The notes beneath the pieces are model-generated. The model ran no database searches. It was not told the origin of the DNA and was given only the letters and a program-made list of their open reading frames with translations. From the NCBI GenBank assembly GCA_951406725.2, contig OX597819.1, forward strand, positions 122,884,001 through 122,948,000: a stretch of DNA of 64,000 nucleotides, written 5' to 3'. Positions 26,156-39,554 of this stretch are shown here, in pieces. The stretch's first letter is position 1. Every line of letters begins with the position of its first letter. Source of the stretch: Octopus vulgaris (taxonomy: Eukaryota). The translations under genes were made by a program, and so were the position numbers.

Positions 26156-26549
26156 TTTCGTACAGTTTACATCTTTCACTCATAAGTTATGGGTTGACCC
26201 GAATTTCTTATAGAAGACGGCTGCCCTCAGTACTACGCAGTGGAATCGGATTCTGAAACACTTGACTGAAAACCAAACTTCTTAACCACCTGCTCTACCT
26301 GAAAGTGAAATTCTTTAAGGTAAAGAATTAAAATGGACATCACTTAAATTTTTCCGTGATGTATGGAGGGAAGGGTTTTAATTAAAAATGATTGAGGCAG
26401 CATTTTCAAAGCTTCTGCTCCGTCCTTAGCTTAACGTTGCAAAATTCTTTGTTGATGATTTAGGATTTCGAGGTTCAGCAAGTTTGTTGTCGCTTCATAC
26501 TCAAGGAAAGAATGTTCTTGAAGTATCGTAATTTGAATTTTCTTGTATA
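26156..26549 (+). repeat. ~393-bp direct duplication, copy 2
   Basis: Near-identical to 24029-24421. Confidence 0.95.
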
Positions 26550-27156
26550 TATTCTAAAGAATTAAATAGGTCCACAGTGGCCCTAGTAATTAGACTATTG
26601 CCCTCACGATCGCAATACTGTCATTCCGATTCCTGGACTGGGCGGCCCTTTTTGTTCTTGTGCAAAACGCTGACATTCCACGCTGTTCTCGTCCTCTCAG
26701 TTGTAAATGAATTTCAGTTATAAAAGGGAATTCAACCCTGCGAGGCACTAGCGTCCCATTCAGGGATGGAGAGTTGTAATATCGGTCACTTGCACACTAT
26801 GAAAATAAAGTTAAACTACATCCCTATAAATTCGATATAACAGGCTACTACCTGTTATAACTACCTGTTCGACTAACTACCTGTTCGACTAAAACCCTTC
26901 ACGGCAGTACTACAGAATGGCCGTAGTCTAACGACTGAAACAAGTAAAACATTGAATTCAAATGACATTTCCTACTTAATAAAGACCTGCCAAATTTCAC
27001 CCATAATTAGAAACAGGAATAATCGTGGCACTCCGTCGGTTTCGACGACGGTTCGTTCCAGTTGTTCCGATCAACTATATATATATAGTAAGTTTATCTG
27101 CCTAAAATGGTCAACAAGAAGAGTATTCCATCTAATGAGAGTCTACATGTGTTACA

Positions 27157-27204
27157 CGTGCTACTAACAGTTTCACGTACACGACAAATACTTTCATCAG
27201 ACGC
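27157..27204 (-). ncRNA. Hammerhead-like motif downstream of Penelope ORF
   Basis: GCGT-CTGATGA-AAGTA..TACGT-GAAAC-TGTTA-GTA-GCAC; same strand as the Penelope ORF; stems imperfect. Confidence 0.5.
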
Positions 27205-28515
27205 TGATTATTTCATGAAATCAAGAAGTTTAAATAGAGGACAGGCAAGAGGCGATGCTAAAGAAAACAATATTTAAGGGAAGATTCCACTACAGGTGAG
27301 CTGTCAAAGTGAACCAATGTAGAACGTACTGATGATTTTAAATCGAAAATAAACTTTAAAAAACAAGGTCAATTGGTGCAGTTATAAATTATAGAAGTTA
27401 TAAAAATTAAATTAAATTATAAACGTGTCAATGTATAAAAATATTTATAGATCTATAGATAATCCAAAGGCTATACAAATATACACAAATATATAAGCTA
27501 TATAGAATATCCATTCATGTATATATATGTATATATAAGTACATAAAAATACATGGAATATACATAAATTGCATAAAATTATAAGTGAGAAAACTCTATG
27601 GTGTCTGTTATAAAGTCTATAATTATAATATATAAAAATTACAAAAGGAATATGAAAGGATTGAAAATATATAATGCAAATATAAATATGAGATATAAAT
27701 CGATACATTGAAAAAAGAAACTATATTCCTGGTGGTTATAAAGAAAGGTAGGAAAAAATGATCAATCAATCGGGAATCGATGGAAACTTTCAATTTTTAG
27801 AGATATATTTAAACTTGTTTACATCCAATAAAATATCTCTGACCTTAAGTTCAATATCGAGTTTGGAATTTCGGATCTAAATAAAATCTGCGCCCTTTCG
27901 GTGAAGCAAACCATTCATCAATTAGATCCATTCATGTATGGTTTAGTCCTTTCTGTTATTCTCCATTTGATCACATATGGTACATTTTTCTCTTTTATGG
28001 CCCAAATGTGGCTCGCCAACTTTGTAGTTTTGTTTTTCTCACTGTAATGAAATGATGCTGTGGTTGGCGTAGCGTTTTTTGTTTTAATTTCTTCACATAA
28101 TCCGATGTGTGTTCTTTTATTGCTTGTGTCACTCCTATTAAGTGATGCTGAAACCTCTGCTCTGTATATAATGGACTTCATCATACACTGCTGGTCCAGC
28201 GGACAGGATTCCGCTTTGCGACAGTTGCAGCCTGGTTCAGTTTCCTGTTGTTTCTTACGAGTGATAATAATGTTTATGCTCGGGCAGCAGCTTATTCAAC
28301 GGAATTTCTTTTAAATATTTTCTTGTATCTATGAGATTCAGGAACGTGTTTGTCGAAGAGAACCGGGAAATTTCTATCAATATTCGTCCATACATTCAGG
28401 GAAAAAGGAGGGGCAAACCAAATAATTTTTCTTGATCTCCTAATGGGATGCTTTTTAGAATGTGTTAATTTCCCTATGTCTATTAGTAATTCCTTTATTT
28501 GAAGAAGGTTCCTAT

Positions 28516-28688
28516 AGGCACAGGAGTGGCTGTGTGGTAAGTAGCTTGCTAACCAACCACATGGTCCCGGGTTCAGTCCCACTGCGTGGCATCTTGGGCA
28601 AGTGTCTTCTGCTATAGCCTTGGACCGACCAATACCTTGTGAGTGGAATTGGTAGCCGGAAACTGAAAGAATCCTGTCGTATATATGT

Positions 28689-28722
<34 letters not shown>

Positions 28723-28918
28723 TTGTCCTCCTAGCATTGCTTGATAACCGATGCTGGTGTGTTTACGTCCTCGTCATTAGCGGTTAGGCAAAAGAGACCG
28801 ATAGAATAAGTACTGGGCTTACAAAGAATAAGTCCCGGGGTCGAGTTGCTCGACTAAAGGCGGTGCTCCAGCATGGCCGCAGTCAAATGACTGAAACAAG
28901 TAAAAGAGTAAAAGAGTA
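28516..28918 (+). mobile_element. SINE family A, full length, nested in Penelope
   Basis: Head GGCACAGGAGTGGCTGTGTGG, internal TA/TG tract, tail GACTGAAACAAGTAAAAGAGTA. Confidence 0.92.
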
Positions 28919-30643
28919 TACCAATTGTTCTTTAAACTCACTATTAGCTAAATCTCTTTTATAATAGGGGGCAGCCCTCTCGAAAATTTCCCAGGAGGAC
29001 AAGAGATTAGATATCCTTTTGTTAATATTTGCTACTATATTTGAATTATAACAGGAGGGTGGTAGGATTATGTATGCATAATATGTTAGTTTTTCATTGA
29101 GTCTATGGTAAGGCTTATATGAGGAGGTATTCAGGTTTAATGACACTTCTAAATATTCGACCGCTGATTGATTCGTGATTACTGTGATTTTTAATTCCCA
29201 AACTGCTTTCTTAACTAATCGAGTGTGTCAGTCACACATTGGGAAACAATCAACCCGTCATCGCGGTACAATCCAACATCATGAGATGAGTGCCTCCTCT
29301 TCAATATATTTATTGTATATAGGCCGACCAAATCACAAATATCGGCGCTGTCGTACGATGCCACAGAAACGTCGAATAACTCATCGCCACCTGTTTTTTT
29401 ACCGAAGTTCCCACTTAGATAAATAATAATGTTTTTCTGGCATGTTTTGTTAAAATTCAATTCTATAGTCTCAATATCGACGAATGATTGAGCAAATTCA
29501 ATAGCTTTGTTTAGTAGTGAACTCGAGATGGAGGGGGTAAAAATCAATAATATCAAATTGACTGAATTTGCTTTATCCTTATCTTTAATCCTAGTGAACC
29601 AATCTCCTACTGTGAAACTATTATTCCACGGTCTGAAGCAAGTAATTTTCTTTATTTTATAATTAATATTTCTAAGTATTTTCTTAGCCATTAATCCTAT
29701 TTCGGATTTGGCCAGATTTAGCAATCTACAAGTGGGGTTTATCGTGGAAATTATGTTTGTAATCTTTTAACGTAACAAGAGCCTCTCTCTTCGCTAAAAA
29801 CTCTAATCTGTCATCGATATTACTGCGACTCGCAAGAAACGTTGATATCATAGTATCTCTTCCTGATTTTTTTTTAATATTTGGCGGTAATGGTAACATT
29901 TAATAATCTATGATAAGCCTGTTTAGATATTTCATGCAGGTTATTAATTTTATCTGAAAATACAAATTTCTTATTAGAATTTCTAAAATTTTTGATGTCC
30001 GAATACATCTTAGATCGAAAGGGATTACGATACTTAAACAGCATAATTCTAGTGACTAAATTAAGGAGTTCAGACTCAAATGGAACTAAATCTTTAACAG
30101 TGGGAGGGTATCTTTTTGTTTTCAAGCCATGATATTCTTTAAATATGAATGTAGGTGTTCCGGAATAGAAAAATATTGTTTTCCATCGCATTCTCTTCAC
30201 AAGGTCCCCAAATTTCTCAAGCAGTCTTCGAAGATACAGATGTTTTGATGGTATAGTTGTATTCTTGGTTGAATAGTCAATGTGGTATAAATCCATGTTC
30301 GTGTGGAACATAGTTGGATTGTACCGCGATGACCGGTTGACTGTTTCCCACATGTGTGACGGACACACACTTAATAAGTTAAGAAAGCAGTTTTGGAATA
30401 AAAAATCACAGTAGTCACATATCTTTCAGCGGTCGAATATTTAGAAGTGTCATTAAATCTGAATACCTCCTCATATAAGCCTTACCGTAAACTCAATGAA
30501 AAACTAACATATATGCATACATAATCCTACCATCCACCTGGATTACTTTTTGAAATGAAAGTTTACATTGTCGCAAGGATCGCCATGATAGATCGTTAGC
30601 CATAACACACATTTTTTTCTCTCCTTGTTTCTTTTTGTGTCCC

Positions 30644-30677
30644 TTTCTGTAGAAGAGCGTAGGCTCGAAACGTAAAA
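30644..30677 (+). ncRNA. Hammerhead-like motif (A6U variant)
   Basis: TTT-CTGTAGA-A-GAGC-GTAG-GCTC-GAAAC-GTA-AAA. Confidence 0.55.
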
Positions 30678-30767
30678 TTTTTTTCCTATTTCTGAGCGTT
30701 ATACTAATTCATCTGTTTGTTTTCTACACCACCTGTTCTTCGTGTTTTGTTTTTTTTCGTAAACTCT

Positions 30768-30812
<45 letters not shown>

Positions 30813-31003
30813 ATTTTTAATTTTCTGATTATAGTTTCAGCGAGCTAACGATATTCCTTAACGAAAATGTAAACTTCATATATTTAAGGTAACTTTGGCC
30901 TGATGTGTAGCTGAGTAACCCTGCTAGCTATGAAACATATGTAGGCTGAATTTAACCTACTCCACTCCTCATTATGAATATAAATAAATATATATATACA
31001 CGT

Positions 31004-31054
<51 letters not shown>

Positions 31055-32044
31055 AATGAGTGAAATGCTTCCTCACAGTTTCTGTCGAAGAAACTCTACT
31101 CACAGCTTTGGTAAATCTGTGACAATTGCATTAGAAAAGTAAAAAAATTAAAGGAAAACTAATATCTTCCACAATCTGTTACAGTGTGAGAACAAACATG
31201 AATCTAGATGCTTCCGAAGCTAGTTTCTTAACCTCAGAACTATATTTTACGTGGAAACCAAGGGTTAAAGTTGACCAAAACAATGAACCGGTGAACTAAA
31301 TGCTCTGTAACATATTTATGTTAGACCTCGCTGCATAAATTTCCACTATTACCGGAATCGATATTTTCTTTTAAATAAAATTTCTCTCTAGGGTTCAATA
31401 CAATAAGTACGACTAATATATAGAATTGAATTTTGACAATCATTCCCCTGCCGTATAAATATTGATCTTGTTCGATCTAGTCATAGGAAATCAATATTAT
31501 CATACCTCTGCTGCCTGCTTTATTCCATTAGTTGTATTCTGTTTCGTTTTATCTTTTTCCCATTGCCTTCTTTCTCTTTCGCTATCTCTCTCTCTCTCAA
31601 TTAATCTCTCACTTTCTTTCACTTCTACTTTCACTTTCTCTTTCTCTCGCTTAATCTCGCTTAGTCTTTCACTTTGTCTCTCTCTCACTTTCCGTCTCTC
31701 TCACCCATTGCTTCCCCTCTCTCTCCCTCTCCTTCTCTCCCCAGCTTTCGTACATCCGTTTTCTATTTTCTCATTTAAATTATTCTTCTTTCAATTAATT
31801 TTTTGTTTTCTTTAATCTTTCACCAATGTCTCCACCAAGTCGCTTCATCTCTTTCTTTAGCTTTTTTGCTTCTATTTCCTTTTCTCTTTTTATTCACTTC
31901 CCTCTTTCCTTCCTTATTTCATTCTACCTTCCTCACCGAATACGTTGGCTTATTTCGCCCTTTCACCATCCATTCTTTTCTTCCTCCCATCCTTTAGCTT
32001 TTTTCCCTTAAAATATTTTGTGTCACTTCAGAATTCATTCCGTT

Positions 32045-32084
32045 GACATCATCATCATCATCATCATCGTCATCATCATCATCG

Positions 32085-32132
<48 letters not shown>

Positions 32133-32190
32133 CCATCACCATCACCAACGCCATCATCATCATCATCATCATCACCCCCATCGCCATCAA

Positions 32191-32223
<33 letters not shown>

Positions 32224-32430
32224 GCCACCATAGTCATCATCATCGTCGTCGTCATCATCATCACCATCATGATCATCATCATCATTATCATCATTATCAT
32301 CATCGTCATCATCATCGTCATGGTCGTCGTCATCAACGTCTTCTTCTTCTTCTTCTTCTTCTTTTTCTTCTTCTTCTTCTTCTTCTTCTTCTTCTTCTTC
32401 TTCGTCGTCGTCGTCGTCGTCATCATCGTC
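32045..32430. repeat. Compound (CAT)/(CTT)/(CGT) microsatellite
   Basis: Direct inspection. Confidence 0.95.
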
Positions 32431-32826
32431 CGCTGCATCTCATGCTTTTGTGTTTATCAAACTACGTAATGTGCTAAGTGGAAGATTAAATTTGATTGCG
32501 AGAATACAGGAAAATGTCATGACTTGGTTAAGGATCAACAGCATCAATGCATTTCTTTGGAGAACACACACATAATTAAACGCACATAGGAAACACGCAA
32601 ACACACAGACCTACACACTTATCATGCACACGCATGTGTGAGCATGCATTCGCTGAGGCACTTAATCATATGGACATACTCAAACAAATGCCTGAATGTC
32701 CATAACCATGTATGAATGAATATAAATTGATACAGAGGCAATATATCAATATGGACCTATGAAAATATGCACATGTACATATAAATATACAGGTCACGCA
32801 CACACGATCTAACACTCGTTCTTACG

Positions 32827-32920
<94 letters not shown>

Positions 32921-32949
32921 GCTTCATAGTTTCAATTACTGAACAGGGT

Positions 32950-34062
32950 AACGCGGTGAGCTGGCAGAAACGTTAGCACGCCGGGCGAAATGCTTAGCAG
33001 TATTTCGTCTGACAGAGTGCGGCTAAGCATTTTGCTTGGCGTGATAACCATTCTTCCAACACGTCACTTTTAGTAAGATTAATATTGGTTTCAAATTTTG
33101 ACACAAGGCCAGCAACATAGGGGTGGTAAGTTGATTACATCAACCACAAATGTTGAAAGGCAAAGTCGACCTCATTAGACTTAGAACTCAGAACGTAAAG
33201 ACGGATGAAATGCTGTTAAGCATTTTGTCCGGCGTTCTAACGATTCTGCCAGCTCACCGCAAGGTTAATTGCAGATAAGGTGGCGAGCTGGCAGAAACGT
33301 TAGCACACCGGGCGAAATGCTTAGCGGCATTTCGTGTGCCGCTACGTTCGGAGTTCAAATTCCGCCGAGGTCGACTTTGCCTTTCATCTTTTCGGGGTCG
33401 ATAAATTAAGTACCAGTTACGTACTGGGGTCGATGTAATCGCCTTAATACCTATGTCTGTCCTTGTTTGTCCCTCTATGTTTAGCCCCTTGTGGGTAGTA
33501 AAGAAATAGGTATTTCGTCTGCCGTTACTTTCTGAGTTCTATTTTCTAGTTGGAATGGAAATAGTCTTCTCTGCTATGTCTAGAGGCTGCAGTATGGTTT
33601 ATTTAGGGACATCAGGTTGCATTTTTCTTACAGAAAACCGGGATACTGTTGTGGATTAGTGAAGAACTAACGCTATAGCGGCAACAAGATTTGGTGGTAC
33701 TAGATTAAAATTTGATGGTACTTGGTTAAATTGCTTGCAGTAATAAGGATGCAGTCCATACAGATGACAAGAGTTTAGTACCGCACCCTTGTGTATGAAG
33801 CAGCTAAGCCTAAGACGGTATATCTGGATTTAAGGCAGCGAGCTTGTAGAAACGTTAGCACGCCGGGCGAAATGATTAGCAGTATTTCGTCTGTCGCTAC
33901 GTTCTGAGTTCAAATTCCGCCGAAGTCGACTTTCATCCTTTAGGGGTCGATTAAATAAGCACCAGTTACGCACTGGGGTCGATATAATCGACTTAATCCG
34001 TTTGTCTGTCCTTGTTTGTCCTCTCTATGTTTAGCCCCTTGTGGGTAGTAAAGAAATAGGTA
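32950..34062. mobile_element. Cluster of SINE family B copies (32953-33012, 33085-33260 -, 33279-33540 +, 33834-34060 +)
   Basis: Matches to 469-698. Confidence 0.85.
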
Positions 34063-34763
34063 TATCTGAATTGTCGGCTGTCACTGACTTAAAAGGTTAT
34101 TAACAAGTCGTACCTCTTGCCGACGGATACTACAAATTGGTCGAGTATGTGGAATGGAGGAATTTCAACCATGTTTCGCGGTCTGCTCCTTTATACGATC
34201 CAGTTAGCTCAAGGCATCATCAGGAGGAACCACGTCCGGTTTTGGCCCCTACTCCTCTACCGTTTTGATGTGACGCCACCCCTCCTTTCGGAAGCGTCTT
34301 CAGCTCTGAAGTTGAGTGCATCTCTTCTTTCTCCTTCTTTCTTCTGTTCCCTGGCCCCTTCGATGTAGCGTAAACGTGTGCCAGCGGGCGACTGACTGTC
34401 TTGTCAAATTTCCCTTTAAATACTCGCTGCTGACAATCCATCCAGGCACCATCACTTCGGTTTATTCTTACGTAAATGTTATTGCCGCTATATTGTTTAT
34501 TTTTCTCTTATTCTTGTACTTGCTTCAATTATTTGATAGCGGCCATGCTGGAGCATCGCCTTGAATGGTTTTAGTCGGGCAAATCGACCTGAGGAATTAT
34601 TATTAATCTAGTACTTATTCTATCGGTCTTTTTGGCTGAGTCACAAAGTTACGGGGACGTAAACAGAATAATATTTCTATAACTGGTATGCAATAATTAC
34701 ATCATTTTTTTGAATACGTGTACGTATAAAACACGGAAAACCATACCAGTTTTCTTTCTATTA

Positions 34764-34844
<81 letters not shown>

Positions 34845-34889
34845 TTAAAAAAAGGCATTGATGTAACTCTTCACAAATTTAACAGTCAG

Positions 34890-35359
34890 GACGAAGAGCG
34901 CGATTTGATTGTAAGATATTTTATTAGTTGAACGATATTTCAACAGTACGTCCGCCTTTGTCAAGTTCAAAATAAGAAGTGATAAAAATTCAAGACTACA
35001 GAAATTTAAACGTAAAGTATGAACGAACAAGCAGCATCCGCACGTTGTTGAATAATTGCATAATGGGAAAAATTGTAAATTTTTCAAAAATTTCAACATT
35101 TGTCATTGTGCTTATTGCAGGACAATGATGATGTGTGGTGTAATATAAAATATTTCTATTCTATGTTATGCAATAATTACATCAGTTTTGTGAATACGTG
35201 TACGTGTGGACTCTGGTTGCTCTCGTTCATACTTTACGTTTAAATTTCTGTAGTCTTGAATTTTTATCACTTCTTATTTTGAACTTGACAAAGGCGGACG
35301 TACTGTTGAAATATCGTTCAACTAATAAAATATCTTACAATCGAATCGCGCTCTTCGTC
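34890..35359. repeat. 137-bp inverted repeat (34890-35026 / 35223-35359)
   Basis: One mismatch seen between arms; flanked by (TTA)n. Confidence 0.92.
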
Positions 35360-35360
35360 T

Positions 35361-35419
<59 letters not shown>

Positions 35420-35442
35420 TCTGTTAATCTTGTAATGACAAT

Positions 35443-35651
35443 AGTGAGCTGGCAGAATGGTTGACGCTATGAGCAAAGTGCTTAGCGGTTTTTTGTCCAC
35501 CTTTACGTTCTGAGGTTCAAATTCCGCCGAAGTCGACATTGCCTTTCATCATTTTGGGTGAATAAAATCAGTACCAGTTGCGTATTGGGGTCGATATAAT
35601 CGACTGACCCACTTCCCCAAAATTTCGCGCCTTGTACCTAGAATAGAAAAG

Positions 35652-35704
<53 letters not shown>

Positions 35705-35714
35705 CATCATCATC

Positions 35715-35746
<32 letters not shown>

Positions 35747-35763
35747 CATTATTATCATCATCA

Positions 35764-35816
<53 letters not shown>

Positions 35817-36175
35817 GTAGTGAGCTGGCAGGATCGTTAACACTCTGGCCAAGTGCTTAGCGGCATTTCGTCCGCATTTACGTTCTGAGTTCAAATTCCG
35901 CCGAAGTTGACTTTGCCTTTCATCATTTCGGGATCGATAAATTAAGTACCAGTGAAACGCTGAGGACGATGTAACTGACTAATCCCTTCCCCACAAATTT
36001 CAGGCCTTGTGCCTAGAAAAGATTATTAGTATAATTATAATATATCAGTGAACTGGCAGAATCGTTAGCACTCCCAGTACAATACTTAGCGGCATTTTAT
36101 CCATGTTACGTTCCGAGTTCAAATTCCGCCCTGGTCAAATTTGCCTTTCATCGTTTCGCGATTGATAAAATAAGT
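35443..36175 (+). mobile_element. Three older SINE family B copies interspersed with (TTA)n
   Basis: GAGCTGGCAG heads at ~35445, 35820, 36049; alternative tail CCTTGTGCCTAG..AAAAGA. Confidence 0.8.
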
Positions 36176-36849
36176 GTCCGAGTGTGACAGGGACGGGCCC
36201 TTTAAAATACAGGCACAAGACATTCTAGCCAACCGAGTGGAATGGAGCAAAGTGAAATAAATTGTCTTGGTCCAGGACACAATGCGTCGCCGGGAACCGA
36301 ACTCAGGAGTTGACAATCGTGAGTCGAATACCTCGAATACTACACCACGCACCTTCAGAAGCTAGAATATGCTACAAATATAATATGCAAATATATATAT
36401 ATTAGAAAAATTGAGGTAATCAGATCAGATGGTTCATATTTGTAGATATTTATTTATATATTACATTTTTTACATATATATCATATCATATCATTCGGAT
36501 TTCGGATTAGCGCTTGCTCCCATTCTAGTGGGCTTTTCAAATCAAATCAGTTGTGGGAAGTTTGAACATTTTATAGTTTTGTAGTAGTGGGTGAGGAGGA
36601 AGTGAGACAGAGAAAAAATGTGTGTATGTGTATGTGTGTGTGTGTGTGTGTATATGTGTATGTGTGCGTGTGTGTGTGTGTGTGTGCGCGCGCGTTTATA
36701 TCTGAGAGTGAAGAAGTGTTATTTCCGTTGGTCTACTGGACCGCCTGTGGTTTTATAAGAACTTTGGCCGTCCATTTCGATGTCACTATATACAAGACCA
36801 CCACAGCAAATAGACCCAGGGTGGACACCGCCGGCAACAGCATACACCT

Positions 36850-39546
36850 CACCTCGATGCTCCAACTGAACATCAGAGGACTGCAAACACTCAGTAACAG
36901 GACAAAAATCCAGTTCTTGAGAGACTTTGATGCATGCAATCAAGCCTTATGCATAGCACTTACGGAAACGCACCTGAAACCGGACATAGCAGATGCGGAA
37001 TTACACATACCACAGTATGTTGTACTACGGACTGACAGAAAAGAAAGGAGTCATGGAGGAGTTGCTATGTACATCCGTGAGGACCTCAGACCCCCAGGTC
37101 CTTTTGTCATACTCAAACTCGGTGTGTGACACACTAATTGTACATATAAGGCAACTTGATGTAGTTGTGTGTGCTACATATCGCCCTCCAGATGCCCCAA
37201 GCCATGTAGGCAAGTTTGAAGACTGCCTTATAAAAATAGAAGTTCTTAATCACATTAGAACAACACATAAGTGTACTTCTTATGGGAGACTTCAATCTAC
37301 CCAATGTCAGATGGCCCGAGGGCCTTTCTCTCCCAGGAATGACAAGATGTGAACGAGGACAGGCGAGGTCCCTTCTGAACCTCATCAACACCCTGTACAT
37401 GGAGCAAGTAATACTCCAACCAACCAGGGCAGGTAACACACTGGATCTCTGCTTCACAAATAATATGGATCTCATCCATAATGTGAAAGTGACACCGACA
37501 CTACTCTCGGATCACAACACGGTAGAGCTGACCATGTACGGGCCAAAGGAAAGCATGGACATGCAGCCTACAAGAAACCCTCAGAATCTTTCCAACTTGA
37601 ACTTACATAAGGCAAACTGGAAACAAATTGAGAAAGAGATCCTCAAACAAAACTGGTATGAATGTCTCTCCTCGCCAGACATCGACGTGAAACTTCAACA
37701 ATTCATGTCTGTAATGCAAGCCATATGCTACAAATGTGTCCCAGAGAGAAAGGTCACTGTACACAAGAACAAAATCCCCAGAGAGAGGAAAATTTTAATG
37801 AGACGGCGTACAAAAATTTCAAATCGCCTAAACAAACAAATTGAAAGCAGTGAAAAGTCCCGCCTGAAAATAAAACTGTTGGAAATTGAAAAATATCTGC
37901 AACTCTCCCATGAAAAGGAAAGAGCAGACAAAGAAGCCTGGGCTATAGACAACATAAAATCTAACCCCAGAGCTTTCTACAGGTATGCCAAAGAAACAGC
38001 TACGGTGCACTGTAGGATAAGGCCACTCCTTGAAAAGGATGGCACACTCACAGGAAAACCAATGAGGGTTAGTGAAATACTGAATGAGCAATTCAAGAGT
38101 GTTTTCACTCCACCCCTTGGGCATTTCCAAATCACCAATCCAACTGAATTCTTTACCACTGCAGATATAAAATCAGAGGCGGTGACGATAGATTACATCG
38201 ATATAAAGGAAGACGATGTAATAAAGGCTATAGATGAAATGAAAACAGACTCAGCTACTGACCCCGATGGATTCCCGGCAAATCCTCCTAAAAGTATGTA
38301 AGAGAGTCCTAGCAAGACCACTGCAGTTCCTCTTTCAGAGCTTCCTTGCAGTTGGCAAACTTCCAAGAAAACTGAAGGAAGGTAAAATATGCTCTAGTCA
38401 TAAAGGAGGTAGCAGAGCGGAGGCCAAGAACTACAGACCTATCTCTCTGACCTCACACATCAGCAAGGTCATGGAACGAATAGTCAGAAGGAAACTGATC
38501 ACCTTGCTGCCTCCTATGAAGAAAATGACTTGCTGCCTGACACCCAACGTGATCTTGGCATAGTTGGGACTTTCTGAAAGATAGAAGTCAGGTGGTAAGC
38601 CAATGGGGCCACTTCCATTAACACGCAAATAGTGAGCGGTGTTCCGCAGGGCACTGTTTTGGGACCACTACTGTTCATAATGGCCCTCTCAGACAGCTCA
38701 GCCACGCAGAGCTACGATCACAAGTTATGCAGATGATACAAAAGTTTCACATGCCAGAACCCTGAGGACACTAAATGAATAGCATGCACTGGGTGCTGCA
38801 ATACCCAATGAATAGACGGAGGGACAATGGCCGGATGGATTCTTAGAACCCGTGTACATGTTGCTAAATTGGCAATGAAATGAACAAGAGAACAAGAAAC
38901 CATGATGGTCCGCTGGAGGACACTTGTCCTAAGCCACTTTGACTATTGCTCTCAGCTATGGTCACCATCCAGTGTCAAGTTGATCACAGAACTTGAGGCG
39001 ATCCAACGTAGTTACACGAAGAAGATAGCCTCTGTGCAGAATATAAGCTACTGGGAAAAACTCAAGAGATTAAAACTCTATTCCTTGGAGCGTAGGCGAG
39101 AAAGATATGCCATAATATACATCTGAAAGATCCTGGAAGGACATGTCCCAAACTTTGGCATCGAGAGTTACACAAATGCCAGAACTGGGCGCCACTGCGT
39201 GGTGCCTAGGATTCCAAATTTGCCATCAAGATGTAGGACAAGATACTGTGATAGCCTGGGCTTCCGAGGCCCACAGCTCTTCAATATCCTCCAGAAGAAC
39301 CTAAGAGACCTGCATGGGGTGGATGCAGATGTCTTTTAAATGAAACTGGGTCTCTTCTTGTCAGGTATCCCAGATGAACCAACTTCACGGCAGGAGGTGC
39401 AGATGAGGGCAGCTGCATCGAACTCTCTCATGCACCAAATGGCAGCTGCTAAAAAGCATTCGTGAAGTAAAACCATGTAGCAACACCAAATGGCGGTGCC
39501 TCAGCATGGCCACAGCTCGTGAGCTGAAACTAGAATCAATCAATCA
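36850..39546 (+). mobile_element. CR1-group LINE, APE endonuclease plus RT, pseudogenised with RT-core deletion
   Basis: LNIRGL, LTETHL, YRPP, MGDFNLP, PTRAGNTLDL, SDH, NYRPISLTS, GVPQGTVLGPLLF, YADDT, SLERRRER; (TCAA)n tail. Confidence 0.92.
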
Positions 39547-39554
39547 TATATATA

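Larger units (their letters stand above)
27100..30420 (-). mobile_element. Penelope-like element (Naiad-type), near full length, pseudogenised
   Basis: N-term YSTKNTTIPS..RMRWK; RT FDVSVASYDSADICDLVGLY, GLYRDDGL; IIWFAPPFS; linker CNCRKAESC (CxCx5C); GIY-YIG-like IIYRAEV..HIGLCE; SINE inserted at 28516-28918. Confidence 0.88.

Noticed and set aside
27100-27800. SECIS element downstream of the Penelope ORF
   Set aside because: No AUGA..AA..GA kink-turn hairpin with correct spacing found by eye.
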